From contig NC_090418.1 of assembly GCF_036365525.1 (NCBI RefSeq), positions 7,418,304 to 7,482,303 of the forward strand: a stretch of DNA of 64,000 nt, in the 5' to 3' direction. Positions within the stretch are counted from its first letter, which is position 1. Every line of letters begins with the position of its first letter. The DNA is from Heterodontus francisci. Its lineage: Eukaryota. Of the stretch, positions 26,464-39,601 are shown one piece after another. The notes beneath the pieces were generated by a model that saw only the letters and a program-made list of their open reading frames with translations, searched no databases and was not told where the DNA came from. The position numbers and the translations under genes were made by a program.

Positions 26464-26832
26464 TCTTGCTGCAGTGCACACGGCATGTGAAGGAGGTGAC
26501 TGCGAAGAGTGGTGGGTCGGTGATGTTGCCCTGCAGCTTTAACTGGACGGAGCCTATTCCCGGGAAGCACCGAGCAGTTTGGCAGAAGAATATCATGGGG
26601 GGTTCTCCTCTGGTGGTTTATGAATGGGATTCGGCAGAAGAGGACAAAGGCCCGGGCAACGAGTTCATGGGACGCACCTTCATGGCGGCAAATTGGTTTG
26701 AGAAGAGAGACCCTTCGCTGAACCTGACTGATGTGTCATTGAACGACACGGGGATCTACGAATGTTACATCGTCACCCAGCGCCCCCACTCCTCGGGCCT
26801 CTGCGCTGATATCAGGCTGACGGTTTTTCCAG
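26464..26832 (+). CDS. IgV exon, B7/butyrophilin/MOG-like V domain
   Basis: Acceptor ccctttgctgcag|, donor G|GTGAGG (phase 1-1); GGSVMLPCSF, AVWQK, EFMGRT, PSLNLTDV, DTGIYECYI; extra Cys in LLQC and GLCAD; sequons NWT, NLT, NDT. Confidence 0.9.
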
Positions 26833-27401
26833 GTGAGGAATTTGACTGGCGCCCTGTCTCCACCAACTGCCTGGCACCCGTGATGTAATGATGCTGGTTG
26901 TGGGGGCGGGGGGGCTGGGGGTGGTGCCCTCACCGGTATCCACTTTGCCATTCGACTGTGGGAGGCATCGCATTGTGCACCCGGCATCCAACCAATTGGG
27001 AGGTTGGTGGAGGGAGGGGCTGGCGGGTTGGGAGGGAGGGACTGAGTGCAAGTAGTGAGGAATCGCAGTGATGGAGCTGCCTGTTCGTGTAGTATGAAGG
27101 GACAAATATCACTCTCCTCTCTCTCTCTCTCTCTCTCTCCCCTATTGCTCTCATCACTCTATCTCTTATTCTATCTCTCTATCTCCCCCCTTCTCTCCCT
27201 CTATCTCTTTCTCCCACTCCTTCTATCTCCTCTCTTTCTCTCCCCTCTTCTCTCTCTCTCTCTCTCTCCCTCCGCCTCCATGCTTCTTCACCCTGGTGAC
27301 CCACTGTTGAGTGTCAGTAGTCTGGGGGAGAATGTATGCGGGGGGGGTGGGGAGCGGGAGTTGGGGTTCGAGAAACACATGATCCATTTGGTTTGCTTTA
27401 G

Positions 27402-27484
27402 GTTACACAGGAGCTGCTGAAGTGACAACAGTTCCCAGCGTTCTCCTGCTAACTGGCCTGGCCTTCGTTCCCTTCTTCAGCTGA
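27402..27484 (+). CDS. Terminal exon with GPI-anchor-like signal
   Basis: Acceptor gtttgctttag|; phase 1 gives GYTGAAEVTTVPSVLLLTGLAFVPFFS*: small residues, spacer, hydrophobic end, no cytoplasmic tail; precursor 171 aa. Confidence 0.72.
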
Positions 27485-28469
27485 CGAGAGTCCGAATAGT
27501 TCACACCAGGTCAGTGACGAGGCAACGCGACCTCTCCTCTGTCCCCCCGGCCCTGCTCCCTCCTTCCCTCTCCCCCTTCCCCTCCCATTTCCCTCTCAAC
27601 CTCCCCTCCTTTCCCCACCCACTCCCCCTTACCCTGAAGTTCCATTAACTGTTTTTTTCTCTCGCTACAAAGGCTGCCAGACCTGCTTTGTATTCCGAGC
27701 CTCTCGGGGTCTCTCCAGATTGTTGAGTCCCTCATCCCTGGTGCCGTTCTGGGAAACCTCCTCTGTACCCACTCCAAGGCCTTGCCATTCTTCGCAAAGT
27801 GTTTAAGCCCCTTGCCCAACCGTTTTAGATTGAAGTTTGCCTTGTCCACGCTCTTGACCATTTTGTGTCAGTCACCAGGTTTCAGTGGGTTTGCCATTGT
27901 TCACCAGCCCCAGCGGATCTCAGGAATCTCAACATAAGAACAACATAAGAAATAGGAGCAGGAGTAGGCCATTCAGCCCCTCAAGCCTGATCCACCATTC
28001 ACTAAGATTATGGCTGATCTGACCTCCACTCAACTCCACTTTCCCTCCTTTTCTCCACAAACCTTGACTCCCCTATAGTTCAAAACTCTATCTCAGCGTT
28101 GAGTATATTCAATGACCCAGCCTCCACTGCTCTCGGTAGGGGTGGGGGAGAGAATCCCAAAGATTCACGACCCTCGGAGAGAAGACATTCCTCCTCATCT
28201 CCGTCTCAAACGGGTGAGCCCTTATCCTGAGCAAGAGATGGGGGAAACTCAACATTAAAGAGAGGTTAGCACATTCCCTAGATGGAGTACAGCCTGTCTG
28301 TCCTGGGTTGTAGTGTTTTGAAAATTGTATTGTGCCTTTTGTTCACTTGAGGCTACCAAACACACACATTAGAAATTGGAGATTGTGTTTGACACACACG
28401 GGAAGCTTGTATATACCCACACATTGATCTCTCCAAGAAAAACATCCAATCAGAAGAAATTTTAGTCTC

Positions 28470-29020
28470 TGGGCCCAACTTGGCCTCCTACACTGTCCCA
28501 ATGAAGCTCGATGTAAACTCGAGGAACAGCGCCTCATCTTTCGATTAGGCATTTTCCAGCCTCTGGCCTCAACGTTGAGTTCAACAATTTCAGATCGTAA
28601 CCACTGCTCCCATTTTCTTCAGACAGCGGCTGCTGCTAATGATTCTGCTGTTGCCATTTACACCTCCTCTAGACCCATCTTTTGTTTCTTCGCCTGTCCC
28701 ATTACCATCTCCTTTTGCCTTGCCACATCATCCCTTTTGGCATTGAATCTTTTCTGCCTTCCACCCGGTCACAGACCTTCCCTATAGTTCTATCCTCCCC
28801 TCCTGCTCCCCCTCCCCCTCCCCGCCCCTGTTCCCTGCCTCTGAACTTGCTTAAAACCTGTCAAATCTCAAACTTTTTCCATTTCTGATGAAAGGCCACA
28901 GACCTGAAACGTTAACTCTGCTTGTCTCTCCACTGATGCTACCAGACCTGCTGAGTGTTTCCAGCATTTTCTGTTTTTTTTTTATTTCAGATTTCCAGCA
29001 TCTGCAGTATTTTGCTTTTG
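28470..29020 (+). mobile_element. Penelope 3' fragment (GIY-YIG C-terminus plus terminal repeat with hammerhead core)
   Basis: Translates GLLHCPNEARCKLEEQRLIFRLG; CTGATGA...GAAACGTTAAC at 28885-28916. Confidence 0.7.
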
Positions 29021-30275
29021 TCTGGCTTCTATCTGTCTGCCCCTGATGAGATCGGCTCACTCGACTGGCACAGCAGAGATATGAAAGGCAGCGAAATATC
29101 AAGATGGGAGCAAGGCTTTAATTGGACTCAGCCTATTGCTTTATATCAATGGCTAGTCAGTCCTTCAGGGGGCTTTAAGAAACAACTAAATAGTCTAAAT
29201 AGACTAAATAGTGCATTCACAATGTTCCGAGAACTCTGCATTTCCTCCAATTCTGGTCTCTTACACATCCCCCGATTTTAATCACTCCACCATTGGCGAC
29301 TGTGCCTTCAGCAGCCGGGTCCCCAAAACTCGGTAATTCCCTCTCCCTCAATATCCTAGGGGCTACCATTGACCAGAAACTGAACTGGAGTAGCCATATA
29401 AATACCGTGGCTACAAGGGCAGGTCAGAGGCTAGGAATTCTGCAGTAACTCACCTCCTGACTCCCCAAAGCCCGTCCACCATCTACAAGGCACAAGTCGG
29501 GAGTGTGATGGAATACTCTCCACTTGCCTGGATGGGTGCAGCTCCAACAACACTCAAGGAGCTCGACGCCATCCAGGACAAAGCAGCCTGCTTGATCGGT
29601 ACCACATCCACTATCTCTTTCTCTTCCTTGACCTGTCCTAATATCTCCTTATGTGGCTCGGTGTCAAATTGCATCTGTTAACATTCCCGCGAAGCACCTT
29701 GGGATACTTCACAATGTTAAAGGTGCTATATAAATGCAATCTGTTGCTCATTGACATTTTTCTATATTTTCAGGTCCTGTACATATAATCTAAAGCCCGA
29801 ACTTTGAAACACGAGATGTGAGCCTGCAAATTTAAGAATTGATGCTGGAATGTTCCGCCGAGTCTATGATGTATTTTTTTTGCTTGTGACTGCTGTCTCT
29901 CCATTGATGTACCCTGCCTCTGTCTGCACATTGTGCTCATTTTCCTCTGTTACTTTCTTTTGAGCCCTTCCCCCTGGCCAGGTGACTTTGGGATTCTGTT
30001 TTCCCGGGTTTAGCTGGAGAGAGAATGATACCCACCATTTTCGATTGCCACCCTCGGTCAGCTCCGTCAAAGCTCTTTGTCCCGTTGCATGGCGAGGGGG
30101 CCAGGAGTTCTGTGACATGCTGGGCTGCTCCCTCATTCACCAGGTCTCTGCAGAGCCTCAGCATCAAGGATGCCTCCTGGCTCATCGCCCTGGGAAGGTG
30201 TAGAAAGATTGGCAGCGTATTTTTTTATATTGAAAATGGAGGTTATCGTGATGACAGCCTTGTCAATGATACGTT

Positions 30276-30490
30276 CTAACCACGACCCTTAACCACTAAC
30301 CCCTAACCTTAACCAACATCCCTGAGCCCTAACCACTAACCTTAACTGCTAGCTTCTTGCCCTAACCACTAAACTCTAACTTCAACCACTAAACCTTACT
30401 TTAACCCCAAGCCCTAACCATTAACCCTAACCCTAACTCCTGATCACTAACGGCTAAATCCTAATCGTACCCACCAACCCTGAACCCTCA
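30276..30490. repeat. Degenerate interstitial telomere-like (CCCTAA)n repeat
   Basis: ccctaa, cactaa, ccttaa and ccctga hexamers in tandem. Confidence 0.7.
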
Positions 30491-33159
30491 CTGCACTCGG
30501 TCAGTGCCAAGTCTGTTGTTATGGAAACCAAATGCCCTGATCCTGAGGGAATCCCCACCTCACGCTGACTGAAGTTTTCTTCAGTCCTGCATAATATGGA
30601 ATCGGTGAATGCGGAATGCCGATCCTACAACACATCCTGGAATCAATGTGAAACACTGAGGCCTAAAGCCGGTGCCTCCAGCTGACTCCCTGGTCCTTGC
30701 GAGGTGTGAAAGACGACCCAAGCTCGGGGGACCGCCAGAAGATGGAAGGGCAGCCACGGGAAAACAGGATGCCGTCTCCAAAGCGGGGGGGGGGGATGGG
30801 GGGAGGGAGGGGAGTCTTAATATCTGGGAAGGCGCTCCAGAGTGTGATGTCTTTGGATGACTAAGACAGCAAGTCTTTGTCCCGTTCTCCGTTTAATTTA
30901 TTCTCTTGTGTCTTTGGTGGTGGCAATATCGTGGAGGACAGATAGTCGGGCAGGAAACAGCTCACGTTGGGACCGGCATCCCCGAGCTCATTCGAGAAGC
31001 AACAGAACGATTGTCAGTCCTGGTTAGTGAATGAGGGACCTCGTATTTCAATATGGTGGGTCTGTTGTCAGATAGATAGTCCTTAAACGGTGTGGTGTTC
31101 CCTCTTCCCCAGTCTTTTCACCCACATCGTCCCAGAAAACAGAGTCACACCTATGTCATTGTGAAACGTTGTCACAAACTGAAGCGTATTTGTGCTCGGT
31201 GGAAATTCTCAGAATGTTTGTAATCCACTGTTGTCCTTATTCCTCTTGATGGTGAAGTCCCTTTCATACCCTTCGCCCCGTGGTGATGCCCAGGATAATG
31301 TTGCTGTTAACAATGTTCATGGTAGTGTCCATCCTTCCATTGGTAGGAAAATCAATATGGCGTCCGTGTCACTGTTGGTAAGTCAACAGCCATTTCCATG
31401 GTGATACCCCCATCCTCGATGTGGCCCCTATCCCTCGTGGTGGCCAATGCCCATGTTAATTTCCCCCAGCGATGCCCGTCTTTCCTTAAGCCAGTGTTCC
31501 TGCTGCTGTTGCCCACCCTGACGCTTTCCATTCTAGCATAACCTGCTTGGCATGATCGCCTGCCCTCCGCTGTCAGACCAGCTGACCCACTCGAGCCCCA
31601 CCTGGACGCTCAGCCCGGTCCTTCTGCGAACTGCATTCGTGCTCCAGTTGGCAAAGAGCCATGTAAAACCCTAACACGGTTTCAGTGGATTGTTGAAGCA
31701 GGGAGCCGTATCCAGGGGCCTGGCTTCTGAGAGGGTCTCGAACCCAGATCTTAAGAGGGGTTGAAAATTGGTCGAGAACGGGATGAGATCTTTTCAGTGG
31801 CACCGTTTGGACTGCTTTGCTTGCACAAACTGGTCTTCTTACTGTCTGCCTTATGCTGTGTTTGTACTTTAAGAAGCAACTCTGTTTTAACAGTTTATTC
31901 AAAGTGTTAATACTAACCGCTGTGTCTCAGCTACTGACTGCTCTATCACTGGCAGAATAAAGCTTTGTTATCTCTGCACTTTTCGTCTCTAAATCTGCTC
32001 TCGCTTTCCTTGTGCCTGACGATATTGGGTCCTCACCTAAACAGACCCATCATGGATCCTTTCTGTGAGGAAATCCTGCTACACTGTACATTGGTGAAAT
32101 TGGACATTGTGATGTTGGGGGGTGGGTGGGGAGAAGGAGAGAGAATGTGCATAAAGAGGTTCAATTGGGGGTGGGGGAGGGGGAGGGGAGTCCTCCTCTG
32201 CCAGAAAAAGCTTGGGATGCCATGTTGGCTGGGGCGTGCGGAGACATCTCCCTGGCGGCTCCTTTAACAGGCGTTGGGCCCCTTGAATCGACCAATAGCG
32301 CCTGTCTTAGGACCCGATTGGTTAGCCTCGGGCTTTCTACACTTAGCGCCACCTGATCCACGCGGGGTCCTTAAAGGGAGCGCTGGAGGCCTCCATCACA
32401 AAACGTACATTATTAAGTAAAAGCACTGAGACGAATGCTGAACTGGGCATCTTTCCACCCAGTTCCCTACTTAAACTGCACTCGCCCCACAGTTGCCCAT
32501 GTCACCCTAATGTTGCCAAGAGCTGCACACGAGCAGACCCTGATTGGCATTGTGGCCCCTGGATATACCACTCCCGCCTACCTCCACCCCCCTCACTGGA
32601 AGCCACAGTGTCACCCAATAGCATGTCAGTGTTCATTTGGCCACTGGCAACCCCGGTTGACTGCGTTTGGGTATATGGAAACCAGGGATCTGGGGCAGGA
32701 ACCCAACGCCCAGCTTCCACAGCCCCTGCACACAATAGAATCAGCTCAAGCAGAAGGAGGCCCTTTGGCCCATCGTGACTGCGCCAGCCCTTTGAACGAG
32801 CAACCCAATTAGACTGACTCCCCTGCTCTTTCCTCATAGGCCTGCCAAGATTTCCTTATCGAGAATATATCAGATTCCCTTTTGGAAATTACGTCTAAGG
32901 AGACGAAGAGGTCATTAAGTGGAACACGCTCATCCCATTCTCATGGGTGAACACCACCATCTCCCCAATTCTCACCTATCCCTGAATCCCCTCTCCAGCC
33001 AGAAGTACACCCATTCCTGTCTATTGAGCCCATTGGCGCACTCACCTGCAATGGCCTTTCCTATTGTATTTATCTGTAATGTGACTGTGCTTCCACTCAG
33101 TTCTATCCATCTCTGTCATCATTTCAAAAGCTTCAATCAGCTGTTTCACCAACGTGCCT

Positions 33160-33440
33160 TGTTGAATGAGAATTTTCTTTATTCCACTCACTGGAGATCT
33201 GAATTTATTTTTTTTAAAGACATTTATAAAAGGAAAAGCTAAAAGGCCGGCAGCTTAAGATGATCACCTAGTTTGCAACACTGTATCCTACACTGTAATG
33301 CTTGTGAGGAGGGAGATGAAATGGCTGCATTTCCCAGCAAGAACCAAGACCCAGAAAGTTTAAAGGAACTACCTGTTCTTTCAGCAAGCAGAGAAATACT
33401 GCTAACTGCTATGTTTGAATCACTGAACCCTAAGTTGGGG

Positions 33441-33482
<42 letters not shown>

Positions 33483-33900
33483 GTCCAGCTTGAAAGCTTT
33501 CAAATCCTGCCTGTTGACTGACCACCTTTGCATACTCTGGCTACAATCAGAAACCCCATTGGAAGAAAACATCTGCATCGCTGTCTCCAAGAGACCCACC
33601 GAACCAATCATCTACCTCTGCAAACTAAAAGCCTTCAGGACCACCAAATGCAGCTAGAAGCCAACCGAATCACCAAACTCCACAGACTGTATGCCTTTTG
33701 TATGGACTCTAACTCAACCAATCTACCTGTCCCCACTCTGTAATCTATTTGTGTGTGCATAAACCTCGAGTGTGTGTGTGAGTGAGTGAAAATTGTCATG
33801 TTGTTTATTATTTTATTAGTTCGGTTTAGGTACAATAAAATTAACCTCTTTCTTTGTTAACTCAAGAAAACCTGTCTGATTGGTTCTTGTTATGAGCAGA
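33160..33900 (+). mobile_element. LTR-like fragment
   Basis: Same layout as 4362-5352 (TG-rich stretch, AATAAA, ...aagaaaacctgtctgattggt); termini not resolved. Confidence 0.4.
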
Positions 33901-34219
33901 GCAAATTTCTCCTTGTGTCTTTAGGCCCCTTAAGGGCCGTCCTCAGGGAGCCAGAGCCAAGGCAGCAGAGCAGAGGAAGAATTCGATTGGATCACCACGA
34001 GACTAGTCCATGACATGAACAGCCCACCAACAGAGGAGCATTTTGGTGAGTGTCCCCGGGAGAGGAGATGTCGACACTCCAGGATTTAAATTAAAATTCC
34101 TGCACTCACTCAGCGAGATGAGGGAAGTTTTTACTGGACAGGAGGATTATTTCCATTCACTATCCCATCAGTAGTGGGAGATGAGGAGATTTTTTTTTTT
34201 ACGCAGCGAGTTGTTGTGA

Positions 34220-35030
34220 TCGAGTCATAGGGTTATACAGCACAGAAACAGGCCCATCGGCCATCAAGCACCTATCTGTTCTAATCCCATTTTCCAGCAC
34301 TTGGCCCGTAGCCTTGTATGCTATGGCGTTTCAAGTGCTCATCTAAATACTTCTTAAATGTTGTGAGGGTTCCTGCCTCTACCACCTCTTCAGGCAGTGC
34401 GTTCCAGATTCCAACCACCCTCTGGGTGAAGATTTTTTTTCTCAAATCCCCTCTAAACCTCCTGCCCCTTACCTTAAATCTATGGCCCCTGGTTATTGAT
34501 CCCTCTGCTCAGGGAAAATGTTTGTTCCAATCTATCTTATCAAGGCCCCTCATACTTCTGTATACCTCAATCAGGTCACCCCTCAGCCTTCTCTGCTCTA
34601 AGGAAAACAACCCTCGCCTATACAGTCTCTCTTCATAGCTGAAATGTTCCAGCCCAGGCAACATCCTGGTGAATCTCCTCTGCACCTCTCCAGTGCAATT
34701 ACATCCTTCTTATAGTGTGGTGCCCAGAACTGTACACAGTAATCCAGCTGTGGCCTAACTAGCGTTTTATACAGCTCCCTGCTCTTATATTCCATGCCTC
34801 GGCTAATAAAGGCAAGTATCCCATAGACCTTCCTAACCATCTTATCTACCTGTGCTGCTGCCTTCTGTGATCAATGGACAAGTACACCAAGGTCCCTCTG
34901 ACCCTCGGTACTTCCTAGGGTCCTACCATTCATGTATTCCCGTGCCTTGTCAGTCCTCCCAAACTGCATCACCTCACACTTCCCAGGATTAAATTCCATT
35001 TGCCACTGCTCCGCCCATCTTACCAGCCCA
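34220..35030 (-). mobile_element. CR1 3' fragment
   Basis: [29 protein letters not shown] on the minus strand. Confidence 0.85.
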
Positions 35031-35473
35031 TCTATATTGGTCCTGATAATGGAATCTGGATCTGGAACATGCTGCCTGAAAGGGCGGTGGAAGCCGATTC
35101 AGTGGGAACTTTCAAAAGAGAATTGGATAAATACTTGAAAAGGAAAGATTTGCAGTGTTACGGGGACAGAGCAGGGAGGAGTGGGACTAATTGGATAGCT
35201 CTTTCAAAGAGCCGGCACAGGCACATTGGGCCGAATGGCCTCCTCGTGTGCTGTAAGACTGTTGCTATTGTTACCCGCAACTTCCATGCTCTGTCCTGCT
35301 GAATACATTACTAAGCTTACGAGCCCCTGGAAACCGTTTTAACAGGTAGGTTTGAAGTGAATATTGAAAGGAGCGATGTTCCCATGTTAAGTCAGAATGA
35401 GGCCAGCAAAAGCATGAAAAGGTTTTTTGCCCAAAGGTCCTGTTCCTTCCACAACCCATAACCGTCTGCCCCA

Positions 35474-36162
35474 CCATTCAACCCCCTCCCCAGCCCATAT
35501 AGACTCTACCCTACCCATTCAACCCCCTCCCCCAGCCCACATAGACTCTACCCTACCCATTCAACCCCCTCCCCCAGCCCACATGGACTCTACCCTATCC
35601 ATTCAACCCCCTCCCCCAGCCCACATAGACTCTACCCTACCCATTCAACCCCCTCCCCCAGCCCACATGGACTCTACCCTACCCATTCAACCCCCTCCCC
35701 CAGCCCACATAGGCTCTACCCTACCCATTCAACCCCCTCCCCCAGCTCACATGGACTCTACCCTACCCATTCAACCCCCTCCCCCAGCCCACATAGACTC
35801 TACCCTACCCATTCAACCCCCTCCCCCAGCCCACATAGACTCTACCCTACCCATTCAACCCCCTCCCCCAGCCCACATGGACTCTACCCTACCCATTCAA
35901 CCCCCTCCCCCAGCCCACATGGACTCTACCCTACCCATTCAACCCCCTAACCAGCCCACATAGACTCTACCCTACCCATTCAACCCCCTCCCCCAGCCCA
36001 CATAGACTCTGCCCTACCCATTCAACCCCCTCCCCCAGCCCACATAGGCTCTACCCTACCCATTCAACCCCCTGCCCCAGCCCACATGGACTCTACCCTA
36101 CCCATTCAACCCCCTCCCCCAGCCCACATGGACTCTACCCTACCCATTCAACCCCTCCCCCA
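35474..36162. repeat. 42-bp C-rich minisatellite (about 16 units)
   Basis: Unit ccattcaaccccctcccccagcccacatagactctaccctac; degenerate units resume at about 37085-37165. Confidence 0.95.
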
Positions 36163-37075
36163 GCACAAAGATAGGTAGGAAAGTATGTTGTGAAGAGGAC
36201 ATAAGGAGGTTGAAGACTGATGTAGATAGGTTGAGTGAGTGGGCAAAAATCTGGCAGATGGAGTATAATGTGGGAAAATGTAAAGTTGTTCATTTTGGCA
36301 GGAAGAATAAAAAAGTGATGTGTTTCTTAAATGGGGAACGACTGAATAATTCCAAGGTACAGAGGGATCTAGGTGTTCTAGTGCAGGAGGCACAAGAGGT
36401 TGGCATGCAGGTGCGGCAAGTAATAAAGAAGGCTAATGGAAAGCCATTCTTTATTATGAGAGGAATTGAAAATAAAAGTAAGGATGTTATGCTTCAGTTG
36501 TACAGGGAATTGGTGAGACCACATCTCATATACTGTGTGCAGTTTTGGTCTCCTTATTTAAGGAAGGATGTAAATGCATTGGAGGCGGGGAGGTTTACTA
36601 GATTGATACCTGGAACGAGTGCGTTGTCTTATAAGTAAAGGTTGGACAGACTGGGCTTGTTTTCATTGGAGTTTAGAAGAGTGAGGGGAGACTGGATTGA
36701 AGTATATAAGATCCTGAACGTTCTTGACAGGGTAGATGGGGAAAGGATGCTTCCTCTTGTGGGTGAGTCCAGAACTGGGGGGCACTGTTTTGAAATTAGG
36801 GGTCAACCTTTTAGGACAGAGATGAGGAGAAATTTGTTCTCTCAGAGGGTTGTGCGACTCTGGAACTCTCTGCCTCAGAAGGTGTGTGAAGGTGGGGGTC
36901 ATTGAATATTTTTAAGGTGGGGGTAGATAGATTCTTGTTAGGCAAAGGAATCAAAGATTATCGGGAGTAGATGGGAGTGTGGAATTCGAGACTCAAACAG
37001 ATTAGCCATGATTTTATTGAATGACGGAGCAGGCTTGATGGGCTGAATGGCCTACTTCTGCTGTTAGTTCGTATG
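36163..37075 (+). mobile_element. CR1 3' fragment
   Basis: WQMEYNVGKCKVVHFG, LVRPHLIYCVQFWSPYL, LEFRRVRGDWIEVYKI. Confidence 0.9.
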
Positions 37076-38839
37076 GTCATATACCTAACCATTCAAAACC
37101 TTCGCGCAGCCCATAACACTCTACCCCATCCATTAAAACCCCTCCCGCAGCCTGTATACTCTCTATTCCACCCTGTTTCGAAGAAGGGGAGGGCAGTTCT
37201 CCCCACTGACTTGGGCCAATAATTACCCCTCAACCAACATCATTAACAAAAAATAAATAAATCATCTGGTCGTCGTCACATTGCTGTTCGTGGGATCTTG
37301 CGGTGCACAAATTGGCTGCCGCACTTCCTGCATTGCAGCGGTGACCAGACTTTAAAAATACTTCATTGGCTGTAAAGCTCTCTGGGTTGCCGAAGGCGCT
37401 ACATAAATGCAAGTTGTACTTGCAGTCCCACTCCCCACTGCTGTTTCCCGACAGCCAGCATATTTCTCCTTCATCCAATTCCCTTTTTGAAAGTTACGAT
37501 TGAATCTGCTTCCACCGCCCTTTCAGGCAGCGCGTTCCAGATCACAACAACTCACTGCGTTAAAGAAACATTCACATCCCCCACCACCCCCAACTGAACA
37601 CCTCGATTAAATCTCCCCTTAACCTTCTTTGCTCTAGGGAGAACAAGCCCAGCCTCTCCAGAGTCCCCACATCACTGACGTCCCTCATCCTTGGCACCAT
37701 TCCAGTAAATCTCTGCACTCTCTCCAAAGCTTTTCTTGCGAAAGAGAAGCAAGGTTGCGATGGTGAGAGAGAGAGAACGAGAGAGAGAGGGGTCGATGTT
37801 CAAGGGGAGACAGGAATCATCGACAAGCAACCAGGGCCCCTTGGAAATCCACGAGTTATGAGGAGAGCAGCATAGAGGCTATGTTGCAGGACCAGTAATC
37901 CAAGGGCCTGGTTATTGAGTAAGGGACATGGGTGCAAATCCCACAAAGGATGATGGGGAATTTAAATTCAGTTAATCGAATAAATCTGGAATTAAAAAGC
38001 TAGTCTCAATAATAGTGACCATGGTAACTGCAAGGTTATTGTGAAAAAAAAACACATCTGATTCACTAGGTAATGAAATCCGCCATACTTATCTGGTCTG
38101 GCCAACATGTAACTCCAGACCCACAGCAATGTAGTTGACTCTTAACTGCCCTCGGAAATGGCCCGAGCAAGCCATCTGTATTCAAGGAGGCAGCTCACCA
38201 CCTTCTCAAGGGCAATAAACGCTGGAGAGTTGAGGAGAAACCTTTTCATCCAGAGGGTGGTTGGAGTCTGGAATTCACCGCCTGAAAGGATGGGAAAGGC
38301 AACAAACCTCAACACATTGAAAAGATACTTGGATATTCACTTGAAGTGCAGTAAACTGCAGGGCTGAGGACCAAGAGCTGGAAAGTGGGATTTGTCTCGC
38401 ACAGACATGAAGGGCCGAATGGCCTCATTCTGTGCCATAAACATTCCGCACTTCTGTGCTAATTCAGGGGGTCGGGGGGTTTATCTATAGAATAACAGAT
38501 ACCCGGGAGTGAGTTACAGACTGGAATCTAATCGAGGGGTTCGGGAAGGTATACATGTAGAATAACACGTACCCGGGAGTAATGTCCCTCGGCGTTGCTC
38601 GGATTCTAGCTGTTGTCTGGGCAGAAATTAGACAGAAGCTCAGAGCCCAGATCTGTGAAAGGAGGCGGGACATTGTGAAGAGATCATTTCCCAATTGGAG
38701 ACGGATGTGGAACCAGAGAAATGGGAAGGAGAAAAACAGAACTAACTGGTCTGAAATAGTGAGTGTGTCACAAAGGCCGTCTCAGTATCCTGTGGTCAGT
38801 GAAGCTTCCTTCAGTCTCAGAGTGAGGTGAGGAGCTGCA

Positions 38840-38882
38840 ATGGGGTCTAATCACCATCTGATCGTCTTACAACTCTCTGTCG
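38840..38882 (+). pseudogene. Orphan PILR-like leader exon (copy 0)
   Basis: MGSNHHLIVLQLSV plus G|GTGAGT; homologous promoter upstream and intron 1 downstream, but no V exon before the next promoter at about 43920. Confidence 0.65.
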
Positions 38883-39601
38883 GTGAGTAAACTCAATCAT
38901 ATTTTCTTTTCTCTGGTTCCTTTCCCCATCACAACCCCCCCGCCCCATCCATCCAGCCCCTCCCAAGGGCACTTAGCCTTGCGGGGCCACCCACAGCTGC
39001 TGCTGGCTTTCCGTTTAATGCAAGGACAAACCAATGTGATGCCCACCCAAGTTGAAGAGTCAAGATGGGTCAACGAGAACAGCAGGAAAACATACCAAGG
39101 CGCTCGCCCAAGGCAAATGCAGAAAAGGGGCACAGCGCCAAAGCAGATATTAGGAGGAGTAACCCAAAGATAGGTCAATGAGGTGAGATTTAAAGGCGGC
39201 CTTGAAGTGAGAGATAGAGGCGGAGAGGTTTTACGGATGGAATTCCAACATTTAGGAATGAGAAGGCAGAAGGCACGAACGCTAATGTTGGGGCAAAGGG
39301 AGTCAAGTCAGGACAAGAGACAGGAATTGGAGGAATGCGGGTATCTCAGAGGGTTGGCGGGCTGGAGCAGGTTACAGAGATAGAGAAGGGAGGATCGAGA
39401 CCATGAAAGGATTTAAAGACGAGGATGAGAATTTTACACTGGGGGCTTTGGTGGACTGGGAGCCAGTGTAGGTCAGCAAGCACAGTGAGAGGGGAGGTGA
39501 CTGGGTGAACAGGAATTGGAGTGGATAGGGTACAGTACAGCAGAGGTTTGACGGATGAGTTGAAGGTTAAGGAAGGTGGAGGATGGACAATGGGCCAGGA
39601 C

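Noticed and set aside
33925-34045. 121-nt exon-like segment with strong acceptor and GTGAGT donor
   Set aside because: Stops in all three frames; at most non-coding, and cannot be linked to a gene
35427-35963. Pro-rich mucin-like ORF
   Set aside because: Translation of a 42-bp minisatellite; no ATG, splice sites or linked exons
38582-38830. Repeated 82-aa ORF MSLGVARIL (also 43923-44171)
   Set aside because: Lies in the duplicated promoter; the homologous region at 47710-47950 has a stop and indels
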